Assembly: GCA_963840495.1 (NCBI GenBank)
Contig: CAWIZN010000044.1
Span: 2,055 to 66,054, forward strand
Reading direction: 5' to 3'
Source of the DNA: an uncultured Candidatus Rokubacteria bacterium
GTDB lineage: Bacteria > Methylomirabilota > Methylomirabilia > Rokubacteriales > CSP1-6
DNA length: 64,000 bases
Below, in pieces: positions 20,002 to 28,428 of this stretch. The notes beneath the pieces are model-generated. The model saw only the letters and a program-made list of their open reading frames with translations, was not told the DNA's origin and made no database searches. A program made the position numbers and the translations under genes. How positions within the stretch are numbered: position 1 is the first letter of the stretch; every line of letters begins with the position of its first letter.

Positions 20002-20676
20002 ATGCTGGTCCGGGCCCGCGGGCTCGCCAAGTGCTATCGCGGGGCGGCCGGTCACCCCGTGCACGCGCTCCAGGCCGTCGACCTCGACGCCGTGCCCGGG
20101 GAGCTCGTCGCCGTCGTGGGCGCGTCGGGCTCGGGCAAGTCGACGCTCCTCAACCTGCTCGGACTGCTCGAGCCGCCCGACGCCGGCGAGATCTGGTTCG
20201 ACGACGTCCGCGTCAGCCACCTGTCCCGGCGCGCCCAGGCCCGGGTGCGCGGCACCCGCATCGGCTACGTCTTCCAGTCCTTCCTGCTCGTCTCCGGCCT
20301 CACCGCGATCGACAACGTCCTGCTCGCCGCGCGCTATGTCGGGCGCGACCGCGCGACCGCGCTGCGCGAGGCGATGGTCCTGATGGAGCGCCTCGGCGTG
20401 GCGGACCGCCGGGATCACTATCCCGCCGAGCTCTCCGGCGGCGAGCAGCAGCGGGTGGCCTATTGCCGCGCGGTGCTGAACGGTCCGCCGCTCGTGCTCG
20501 CCGACGAGCCCACGGGCAGCCTCGACGATGCCCACGCGCGGGTCATCCTGGGCGAGCTTCGCGGGCTGGTCCGCGAGCGCGGCACGTCGGTTATCCTGGT
20601 GACACACCGGGCCGAGGCGGCGGCGGAAGCGGACCGCGCGCTGCGGCTCGAGGCAGGACGCCTCGAACACGCATGA
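20002..20676 (+). CDS. ABC transporter ATP-binding protein, MacB/LolD-type
   Basis: 224 aa with GASGSGKSTLLN, LSGGEQQRVAYCRA and LVLADEPTGSLD. Confidence 0.9.
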   Translation: MLVRARGLAKCYRGAAGHPVHALQAVDLDAVPGELVAVVGASGSGKSTLLNLLGLLEPPDAGEIWFDDVRVSHLSRRAQARVRGTRIGYVFQSFLLVSGLTAIDNVLLAARYVGRDRATALREAMVLMERLGVADRRDHYPAELSGGEQQRVAYCRAVLNGPPLVLADEPTGSLDDAHARVILGELRGLVRERGTSVILVTHRAEAAAEADRALRLEAGRLEHA

Positions 20677-20708
20677 CGACTCGATTGCTGACATGAAGGA
20701 GACTCTCG

Positions 20709-21155
20709 ATGACGTGGCCAGTGATGCGATCTCTGGGATGGACGTTGGCGCTCGGACTTCTGATGGGCGCCGTCCTGGCGCCGACCCCTGCGGATGCCCA
20801 GGCCGACGAGCGGGTCCGGGTGTTCAATGCGCCGCTGGACCGCGTGTGGACCGTGACGCGCTCGACGCTCAAGAGCCTCGGGTGGGACATCGACAAGGAG
20901 GACCGCGAGGGCGGCTGGATCCGCACCGACTCGCGGCGCCTCGAGGGCGAGGACTTCGGCGTGTATGCCAAGGGCACGCGGCAGCGGCTGCGCGTCGCCA
21001 TGAAGGCGCTCGACCCGACCCGGACGCAGGTGACGGTCGAGCGGCGCGTCTGGAAGCAGGAGCGCATCCTGTGGATGGACAAGGAGGAGGATATCCAGGT
21101 GCCGGACCAGCTCGCCGAGAAGAAGGTCCTCGACGACATCGCCGCGGCGCTCTGA
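20709..21155 (+). CDS. Hypothetical secreted protein
   Basis: AAGGAG RBS before the ATG. Signal peptide MTWPVMRSLGWTLALGLLMGAVLAPTPADA. No family recognised. Confidence 0.55.
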   Translation: MTWPVMRSLGWTLALGLLMGAVLAPTPADAQADERVRVFNAPLDRVWTVTRSTLKSLGWDIDKEDREGGWIRTDSRRLEGEDFGVYAKGTRQRLRVAMKALDPTRTQVTVERRVWKQERILWMDKEEDIQVPDQLAEKKVLDDIAAAL

Positions 21156-21283
21156 TCCTCGGCCGGCCCAGGACGAAGGGCCCGTCGGCCACGCGCGATG
21201 CGCGGGGCCGCAGCAGTTGATGGTTGACAGTGAGGCGTGCTGCGGGAGACACTCCCGGCCGAGCCAGAATCGATGACGAGCCC

Positions 21284-22030
21284 ATGACCCAATCGACACC
21301 GCCCCACCCCGTCCTGGAGAAATACTACCCGAGCGACGCTGACCGACAGTCGTTCGTGGGTGCGCTGTTCGACGGCGCCGCCCGACACTACAACCGCATC
21401 GGCACAATGCTGGACCTGGGCTCGGGTCCCTGGTACCGCCGCTGGGCTCTTCGCCGCGCGGGCCTCCGTCCCGGGATGCGGCTGCTCGACGTCGCAACCG
21501 GCACGGGCTTGGTGGCGCGCGGCGCGGTGGGCATCCTCGGCGAACCCGGTCGGGTGATCGGCGTCGATCCGAGTCGCGGCATGCTGCGGGAAGCGCGAAA
21601 GGCGCTCGCCGGCCCCCTTGTCCAGGGCAGAGCCGAGGCGCTGCCGTTCCGCGACGACCTGTTCGACATGCTCAGCATGGGCTTCGCCTTGCGCCATGTG
21701 CCCGACCTCGAGGCGGCGTTCCGGGAGTACCGCCGCGTCTTGAAGCCGGGCGGGCGCCTGGTTCTCCTCGAGGTGTCCCGTCCACACTCGCCCGTCTCCC
21801 GCTGGCTGATCCGGGTCCATCTCCAGCACATCCTGCCCTTGATGGCGCGAATCAGCACGAGAAGCCAGCCGGCCCAGCTCCTCATGAAATATTACTGGGA
21901 CACGATCGACCGGTGTGTTCCGCCGGAGACGATCCTGGATGTCTTGCGGCGTGGTGGCTTCGTCGACGTCAACCGACGGACGCTCTTCGGATTCCTCAGC
22001 GAGTACTCGGCCGCGAAACCGTCGCCGTAG
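21284..22030 (+). CDS. Class I SAM-dependent methyltransferase (UbiE/MenG-like)
   Basis: Lies within ORF 21224..22030. Motif I is LLDVATGTGLVA, followed by FDMLSMGFALRHV and LKPGGRLVLLE. The start could be 21224 or 21284. Confidence 0.75.
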   Translation: MTQSTPPHPVLEKYYPSDADRQSFVGALFDGAARHYNRIGTMLDLGSGPWYRRWALRRAGLRPGMRLLDVATGTGLVARGAVGILGEPGRVIGVDPSRGMLREARKALAGPLVQGRAEALPFRDDLFDMLSMGFALRHVPDLEAAFREYRRVLKPGGRLVLLEVSRPHSPVSRWLIRVHLQHILPLMARISTRSQPAQLLMKYYWDTIDRCVPPETILDVLRRGGFVDVNRRTLFGFLSEYSAAKPSP

Positions 22031-22109
22031 AAGGCTGCCGGCTAGGAGCCTGTCGGAGAAGACCGGTAGAGCGAAGAGAAGGGTTCAGCTGCGCCGGTCT
22101 CGACGGGTG

Positions 22110-23882
22110 ATGGGCTCTCGCGGTTCGGGCGCCGCGGCCGCGATGGTGGCGTCGATCGCGCTCGCGCTCGTCTTGCTCCTGCCCGGTCTCGGCGCCGCGC
22201 CGTTCGACGATCCAGGGGAAGGCCAGCACGCGGAGATCGCCCGGGAGATCCGGGCGAGCGGCGACTGGCTCACGCTCAGGCTGAACGGCGTCCGCTATCT
22301 CGACAAGCCGCCCCTCCTCTACTGGCTTGCCGCGGGAGCCTTCGCGCTCTTCGGCGACGGCGAGTGGGCGGCTCGGCTCGTGCCGCTCGGGGGCGCGGTG
22401 CTCGCGGCAGCGGCGACGGCGCTCTTGGGCGCCCGCCTCCTCGGCCCCTGGGCGGGCCTCGGCGCGGCGGGCGCGCTCCTGTCGTCGGCGCTGTTCGTCG
22501 TCTTCGGCCGCTACGTGCGCCCGGAGACGCTCTTCGTCGCGGCCATTCAATGGGGCCTGGCGGGGCTCCTGCTGGGCCTGGCCGCCCCCGCGGAGAGCGG
22601 ACGGCGCCGCGTCTGGCTCCTCGTGGGCTGCGTCGGGCTCGCGCTCGCCTCGCTCGCCAAGGATCCGCTCGGGCTCATCGGCCCGCTCGGGGCCATCGCC
22701 CTGGCCCTGTCACTCGGCGGCCGACTCGCGGTCGGCGCGGCTGCCATGGGAGGGCGTGGCCGTCCTCATGATCCTGGGCTTCGGATGGTATCTCGTCGCG
22801 GCGATGCTGAGCCCCGGCTTCCTCTGGTACACGGTGGTCGACAACCACGTCCTGAACGCGCTCCGGCTGCGGCAGTTCCCCGACGAGGACGTCCCGCTCT
22901 CCTCCGCGGAGTTCCTCGCGGTGAGCGGGCTCGGCGCGTTTCCCTGGATCATCCCGGCCGGGCTCCAGGTGATCGCCCTCTGGCCGGCGGCGCGCGTGGC
23001 GCGATCCGGCGGAGACGGCGTGGGTGGCGCTCGCGCTGTGGACGACGGGACTGATCGCCCTCTTCGCGCTGTCTCCCTTCAAGCTGCCCCACTATGCGCT
23101 TCCCGCGTATCCGGCCATCGCGCTCCTCGCCGTTCGCTTCTGGAAGGAGCGCTCAGTCGGGTGGGCGGGCGCTCGTCGGCCTCCACCTGGCGCTCTTCGC
23201 CGCGCTCGCCGTCGGCGCCTTTCTCGTGGGGATGGGGGACGGCCGCGCCTTCGTGGACACCGTCTTCTCGGCGACGGATGTCTACACGCGGAAGGAGGCG
23301 GTGGTGGGCCAGGCCTCCCCGCTGCCCCCATGGTCTGCGCTCGGACCGCTGGTGACGCGCATGGCGATGATCTTCGGCGGGGGTGCGCTCGTCCTCGCGG
23401 GGGCGTTCGCGGCGCGGGCGGGGCGGCTCGGCTTCGCCGCGGTCCTCGCCACCATGCTCGCCGTGATGCCGCTCGCGACGGGGGCCGCCGCGCTCGTCGC
23501 CTCGGGGAGGGCGGTGGCGAGGATGGCCGAGGATCTCAAGCGGGAGATGGCGCCGGGCGATCTCCTCGTCCACGAGGGGCCGATCGAGAACTCCGGCGCG
23601 CTCGAGCTGTACTCGGGCCGGCGTCCTGCCCTCCTCGACGCCCGGCGAAGCGTCCTCGGCATCGGCGCCACCTATCCGGACGCGGCCGAGACGTTCTGGG
23701 ATGCGGGTGATCTGGCCCGCGCGTGGCAGTCCGGCCGCCGCGTCTTCCTCGTGACGCCGCGCGCGCCCGAGCAGAGCGCCGTCGCATCGTTGCCCCCCGG
23801 CACCGCGCATCTGCTGGAAGTCCGGAACGGCCGCTGGCTCTACAGCAACGTCGGCCGTCGGGGGCCTCAGCATGCGCGATAG
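22110..23882 (+). CDS. ArnT/PMT-family (GT39-like) membrane glycosyltransferase, three frameshifts as given
   Basis: DDPGEGQHAEIAREI..RYLDKPPLLYWL (ORF 21915..23054) is followed by FGWYLVAAMLSPGFLWYTVVDNHVLN (ORF 22327..), then ALFALSPFKLPHYALPAYPA (ORF 23024..), then the C-terminal part in ORF 23094..23882. The breaks are near 22735, 23000 and 23150. Confidence 0.7.
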
Positions 23883-23978
23883 CAATGTCGCCCGTCGGGT
23901 TGCGGGACCTTCGCGTTCTGCGCTACCGTGAGCCGGTGCATTCAACCGGTGAAGCGGTAGTGGATCAATCTGGGCTCT

Positions 23979-24038
23979 GGCACGGGGTACAGTTGCGAGC
24001 CAGCGAGCGTATGGGCGAAGTAAATTCGACCCAGTGCC
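23979..24038. repeat. Repeat family B, short copy, flanked by a 12-bp direct repeat
   Basis: GGCACGGGGTACAGTTGCGAGCCAGCGAGCG..GGCGAAGTAAATTCGACCCAGTGCC. The direct repeat CCGGTGAAGCGG occurs at 23946-23957 and 24037-24048. Confidence 0.6.
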
Positions 24039-24059
24039 GGTGAAGCGGGTCCGTTCCGG

Positions 24060-25481
24060 GTGACCGAGTACCTCCGCACGCTCTTCCTGCACCCGCCCTC
24101 GTTCGACGGCTTCGACGGGGGCGCCGGCTCACGGTACCAGGCCCGGCGGGAGATCCGATCGTTCTGGTACCCGACCTGGCTCGCCCAGCCGGCCGCGCTC
24201 GTGCCGGGCTCCCGCCTCGTCGACGCGCCGCCCGACGGCCTCTCGCTCGACGACGTGCGCCCGCTCGCCCGCGCCTACGATCTCTGCGTGATGCATACGA
24301 GCACGCCGTCCTTCGCCGCCGACGTGAAGGTCGCGGCGGCGTTGAAAGCCGAGAACCCGGGGCTGTCGATCGGCATGGTCGGCGCCGCGGTCGCGGTGGC
24401 GCCCGAGGCCTCGATGCGCAGCAACCCGGCGGTCGACTGGGTGGCGCGGGGCGAATTCGACCTGACCGTGCAGGAGATCGCCCAGGGGCGGCCGCTCGCG
24501 CGCGTCGCCGGGCTCGCGTACCGCGACGATGGCCGCGTCGCCTATACGCCCGATCGGCCGGTGCTCGAGGACATGGACCGGCTGCCCTTCGTCACACCCG
24601 TCTACAAGCGTGACCTCACCGTCGAGAACTACGCCATCGGGTATCTCCGCCACCCCTACGTGTCGCTCTACACCGGCCGCGGCTGCCGCTCGAAGTGCAC
24701 GTTCTGCCTGTGGCCGCAGACGGTGGGCGGGCAGCGGTATCGCACGCGCAGCGTCGGGCACGTGGCGGAGGAGATGGCCGAGGCGGTGCGGCTGTTTCCC
24801 CAGGTGCGCGAGTTCTTCTTCGACGACGACACCTTCACCGACGACCTGCCGCGGGCGGAGGCCATCGCCCGGCGGCTCGGGCCGCTCGGCATCACGTGGT
24901 CGGTGAACGCCAAGGCCACCGTGCCGCACGCGACGCTCAAGGTGCTGAAGGACAATGGCCTGCGCCTGCTCCTGGTGGGCTACGAGTCGGGGAGCCAGCA
25001 GATCCTGAACAACGTGAAGAAGGGCGTGCGGCTCGACGCGGCGCGCCGGTTCACGCGGGAGGCGAAGGCGCTCGGCATCACCATCCACGGGACGTTCATC
25101 CTGGGGCTGCCCGGGGAGACGCGCGAGACCATCGCCGAGACCATCCGCTTCGCGCGCGAGATCGATCCCGACACGATCCAGGTCTCCCTCGCCGCGCCGT
25201 ACCCCGGGACCGCGCTCTACGAGGAGGCGCAGCGGAACGGCTGGCTCGAGGACGACGGCGGCCTCGTGGACGGGGCGGGCGTCCAGCAGAGCGCCCTGGG
25301 CTATCCTCATCTCCCGCGGACCGAGATCTTCCGATCGCTCGACGAATTCTACCGCCGCTTCTACTTCCGGCCGCGCAAGATGATCTCGCTCGCCGCGGAG
25401 ATGCTGGGGGACCGCCACGTGATGCGGCGGCGGCTCCGCGAGGGGCGCGACTTCCTCCGCTTCCTCCGCGCCCGCCGGTAG
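24060..25481 (+). CDS. B12-binding-domain radical SAM enzyme, HpnJ-like
   Basis: Intact 473-aa ORF with a GTG start. LFLHPPSFDGFDGGAGSRYQARREIRSFWYPTWLAQP, radical-SAM cluster GRGCRSKCTFCLWP, and IQVSLAAPYPGT. From memory the overall pattern matches the HpnJ family. Confidence 0.75.
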   Translation: MTEYLRTLFLHPPSFDGFDGGAGSRYQARREIRSFWYPTWLAQPAALVPGSRLVDAPPDGLSLDDVRPLARAYDLCVMHTSTPSFAADVKVAAALKAENPGLSIGMVGAAVAVAPEASMRSNPAVDWVARGEFDLTVQEIAQGRPLARVAGLAYRDDGRVAYTPDRPVLEDMDRLPFVTPVYKRDLTVENYAIGYLRHPYVSLYTGRGCRSKCTFCLWPQTVGGQRYRTRSVGHVAEEMAEAVRLFPQVREFFFDDDTFTDDLPRAEAIARRLGPLGITWSVNAKATVPHATLKVLKDNGLRLLLVGYESGSQQILNNVKKGVRLDAARRFTREAKALGITIHGTFILGLPGETRETIAETIRFAREIDPDTIQVSLAAPYPGTALYEEAQRNGWLEDDGGLVDGAGVQQSALGYPHLPRTEIFRSLDEFYRRFYFRPRKMISLAAEMLGDRHVMRRRLREGRDFLRFLRARR

Positions 25482-25500
25482 CGCGCTGCGGGGTCCGTCC

Positions 25501-26244
25501 ATGAGCCTGCTCACCGGCCGGGTCGCCCTCGTGACGGGGGCGTCGCGCGGCATCGGCCGCGCCTGCGCCATCAAGCTCGCCACCCTCGGCGCCGCCGTCG
25601 TCGTGAACTTCAATACGAGCGCGACGGCGGCGCAAGGCGTGGTCGAGGAGATCCGGGCGGGTGGGGGAGACGCCCGAGCCGTGCAGGGCGACGTGAGCCG
25701 GCTCGCCGCCGCCCAGGGCGTGGTCAAAGCCGCCATCGACGCCTACCGCCGGCTCGACATCCTCGTGAACAATGCGGGAACGACGCGCGACGGGCTGCTC
25801 GCCGCCATGAGCGAAGAGGACTTCGACGGCGTCATCCAGCAGAACCTCAAGAGCGTCTTCAACTGCAGCAAGGCCGTCCTGCGGCAGATGATGAAGCAGC
25901 GCTACGGGCGCATCGTCAACGTGACGTCGATCGCCGGCGTGGTCGGCAACCCGGGCCAGACCAACTACTCGGCGGCGAAGGCCGGCATCATCGGCTTCAC
26001 CAAGGCGATGGCCAAGGAGTACGGGGCGCGCAACATCGCGGTCAATGCCGTCGCGCCCGGCTATGTCCCCACCGCGCTCACCAGCGGCGTGCCGCCGGAC
26101 ATCGCGGCGGGCATCGTCCGGCTCACCGCCCTCGGCCGGATGGGGACGGCGGCGGAGGTCGCCGCGGTGGTCGCCTTTCTCGCCTCCGACGAGGCGAGCT
26201 ACGTCACCGGCCAGGTCGTGGCGGTTGACGGGGGACTCACGTAG
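25501..26244 (+). CDS. fabG: 3-oxoacyl-ACP reductase
   Basis: 247 aa with VTGASRGIGRA, NNAGTTRD, YSAAKAG and VDGGL. Confidence 0.85.
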   Translation: MSLLTGRVALVTGASRGIGRACAIKLATLGAAVVVNFNTSATAAQGVVEEIRAGGGDARAVQGDVSRLAAAQGVVKAAIDAYRRLDILVNNAGTTRDGLLAAMSEEDFDGVIQQNLKSVFNCSKAVLRQMMKQRYGRIVNVTSIAGVVGNPGQTNYSAAKAGIIGFTKAMAKEYGARNIAVNAVAPGYVPTALTSGVPPDIAAGIVRLTALGRMGTAAEVAAVVAFLASDEASYVTGQVVAVDGGLT

Positions 26245-26259
26245 CAGGCTGCTGCTAGA

Positions 26260-27174
26260 GTGGAGTGCATGCCGCTGTCACTGACGCCCGAGCACGCGGT
26301 CCCGCGACCGCGCTGGCACTCGCACGCCTATAACCGCGCCGATCTCTACCGGCTCGCGGGGGCCCTCGGGTGGCTGCCGCGACGCGCGAGGCTCGCCCTG
26401 GCGCGGCGCATCGGACGGATGATGCCGCGGCTCATGCCCGCCGAGGAAGGGATCGTCCGGCGCACGCTCGCGCGCGTGACCGGCGCCACCGGCTCCCGGC
26501 TCGACGCGCTCACCGTCGGGACCTTCACGGACTTCGCGATGTGCTTCAGCGATCTCGTGTCCACGAATCGTCAGCCCGCGGCGCGCCTGCACTCCTACGT
26601 GGCGCGCGTGGAAGGCGCCGAGCGTGTCGCGCATCTCCAGGGTGGGCTCATCTCGCTCACCGCCCACGTGGGCAACTGGGAGCTGGCCGGTCGTCTCCTC
26701 GCGGGCCGCGCGGGCCGGACCACGCACGTGGTCGTGGCCGAGGACGAGGCCCGCGATCTCGGGCGCTGGGTTCGGCGTGACGGCGAGGGCGTGCGCTTCG
26801 TGTCCCGGTCGCGCCCGACCGTCTCCCTCGAGCTGGTGGCGGCGCTCCGGCGCGGGGAGGTGGTCGCCGTGCAGGGCGACCGGGCGCTCGGCACGCGCGG
26901 CGACGTCCTCCTCCCCTTCTTCGGAGCGCCCGCGCCATTCCCGCTCGGGCCATTCGTCCTCGCCCGTGCCGTCGGGGTGCCACTCGTCCCCGCGTTCTGC
27001 GTGCTCGATGAGAGCTACCGGTACACCGTGACGGTGACCGAGCCGCTGACCGTTGCGCGCGGTGGCGAGGAAGAGGCGGCTCGCACCTGGGTGGCCGCCC
27101 TCGAGCGGATCGTGGGCGAGCGCCCGACCCAGTGGTTCAACTTCTTCGACGTGTGGAGCCCGCCCGCCGCGTGA
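26260..27174 (+). CDS. LpxL/HtrB-family (lysophospholipid/lipid A type) acyltransferase
   Basis: 304 aa with the HX4E-type motif TAHVGNWELAG and, downstream, VAVQGDRA..PFFG. Confidence 0.7.
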   Translation: MECMPLSLTPEHAVPRPRWHSHAYNRADLYRLAGALGWLPRRARLALARRIGRMMPRLMPAEEGIVRRTLARVTGATGSRLDALTVGTFTDFAMCFSDLVSTNRQPAARLHSYVARVEGAERVAHLQGGLISLTAHVGNWELAGRLLAGRAGRTTHVVVAEDEARDLGRWVRRDGEGVRFVSRSRPTVSLELVAALRRGEVVAVQGDRALGTRGDVLLPFFGAPAPFPLGPFVLARAVGVPLVPAFCVLDESYRYTVTVTEPLTVARGGEEEAARTWVAALERIVGERPTQWFNFFDVWSPPAA

Positions 27175-28403
27175 CGACCGGCGGCGAGGCGGCGGAGGCG
27201 CTCGGCGCCCTCGGCCGGGAGGAGGCGGCCCGGAGCGCGGCGTTTCTGCGCGGGGCATTGCCCGGTCCGCTCCGACCCGCGTTCGGCGAAGCCTTCATCC
27301 GCTCGCATATCCTGTACGGCGAGTTCGTCTGCCGGCTCGTCCTCGGAATCGCGCGGGAGTGCGGGATGGCCACGGCGCTCGGCGCGCCGGGCGACGCCGG
27401 GGAGATCGCGGCGCGCGCAGGACTCGAGGCTCCGCAGGCGCGGGTGCCGGTCGATTGGATGCTTCGATTTCTCGCCGCGCGCGGGTGGGTCGCGGAGATC
27501 CCGGGCGGGGCAAATCGCCGGTATCGGTCGCGCGGCGAGCTGCCGCTGCTCGACGCGTTGCCGGTGCGGCAGGAGCAGCAGCGCTGGGACCCGTCGTGGA
27601 TGCCGGCGTATGTGCTGGCGGAGACGGTTGCGCGGGACTACCCGGCCTTCCTGCGCGGCGAGGTGGCGGGCGAGGACGTGCTGTTCGCTCCGCGCCGGCT
27701 CCGGCTCTGGGTCGACTACTTCTCGAACGACAATGGCCTCTACGCGGTCAATAACCGCGTCGGTGCCGTCGCCGTCGCGGATTGGCTGCCCGGGCCCGGC
27801 AGCTCGATTCTCGAGCTGGGCGGCGGGCTCGCCAGCGGCGCGCTCGCGCTGCTGGCGGAGCTCGAGGCGAGGGACCGTCTCCGCGACGTCCGGGGCTACC
27901 GCTTCACCGAGCCCGTGTCGGCGTTCCTGCGCCGAGGAGAGCAGACGCTGCGCGATCGGTACCCGGCATTGGGAGGCCTGAGCTTCGGCGCGCTCGACAT
28001 GAACCAGGGGTTCGGCGAGCAAGGGGTGGCGCCCGCGAGCGTGTCCGTCGTCTACGCGGTGAATACGCTGCACGCCGCACGTGATCTCGGGTTCACGTTG
28101 GAGGAAGTGCACCGGGCGCTGTCGCCCGGCGGCCGGCTCGTCATCTCCGAATGCGTGCCACCGCCCGAGCCCATCTATGCGGACTTCGTCTTCAATCTGA
28201 CAGAGGCATTTCGGTCTCCGCGGCTCGATCCGCGGCAGCGCCTGGGCGGCGGGTTCCTCGGGCTCGAAGACTGGACGGCGGTCCTGGAGGCGGCGGGATT
28301 CGAGGACGTCCGCGTCCTGCCCGACGTCGCGGCCATCCGCGCCGAGGTGCCTGATTTCAGCGTCGCGGCGATCGGCGGCGTGCGGTCCGGCGGAAAGCGG
28401 TGA
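27171..28403 (+). CDS. SAM-dependent methyltransferase with N-terminal dimerisation/substrate domain
   Basis: GTG 27171 overlaps the upstream TGA (GTGA). Motif I is SILELGGGLASGA, followed by LSPGGRLVISE. Lies within track ORF 27132..28403. Confidence 0.65.
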   Translation: MTTGGEAAEALGALGREEAARSAAFLRGALPGPLRPAFGEAFIRSHILYGEFVCRLVLGIARECGMATALGAPGDAGEIAARAGLEAPQARVPVDWMLRFLAARGWVAEIPGGANRRYRSRGELPLLDALPVRQEQQRWDPSWMPAYVLAETVARDYPAFLRGEVAGEDVLFAPRRLRLWVDYFSNDNGLYAVNNRVGAVAVADWLPGPGSSILELGGGLASGALALLAELEARDRLRDVRGYRFTEPVSAFLRRGEQTLRDRYPALGGLSFGALDMNQGFGEQGVAPASVSVVYAVNTLHAARDLGFTLEEVHRALSPGGRLVISECVPPPEPIYADFVFNLTEAFRSPRLDPRQRLGGGFLGLEDWTAVLEAAGFEDVRVLPDVAAIRAEVPDFSVAAIGGVRSGGKR

Positions 28404-28428
28404 TGAGACCGTGTGCTAGTATCGTCCC

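Noticed and set aside
12596-20694. Long minus-strand ORFs (12596..14083, 14589..16046, 16571..18544, 18775..20694) and similar ones at 24129..25736 and 28357..29886
   Set aside because: All are antisense to plus-strand genes that carry clear catalytic motifs. They have low-complexity, Arg-rich translations, as expected in high-GC sequence.
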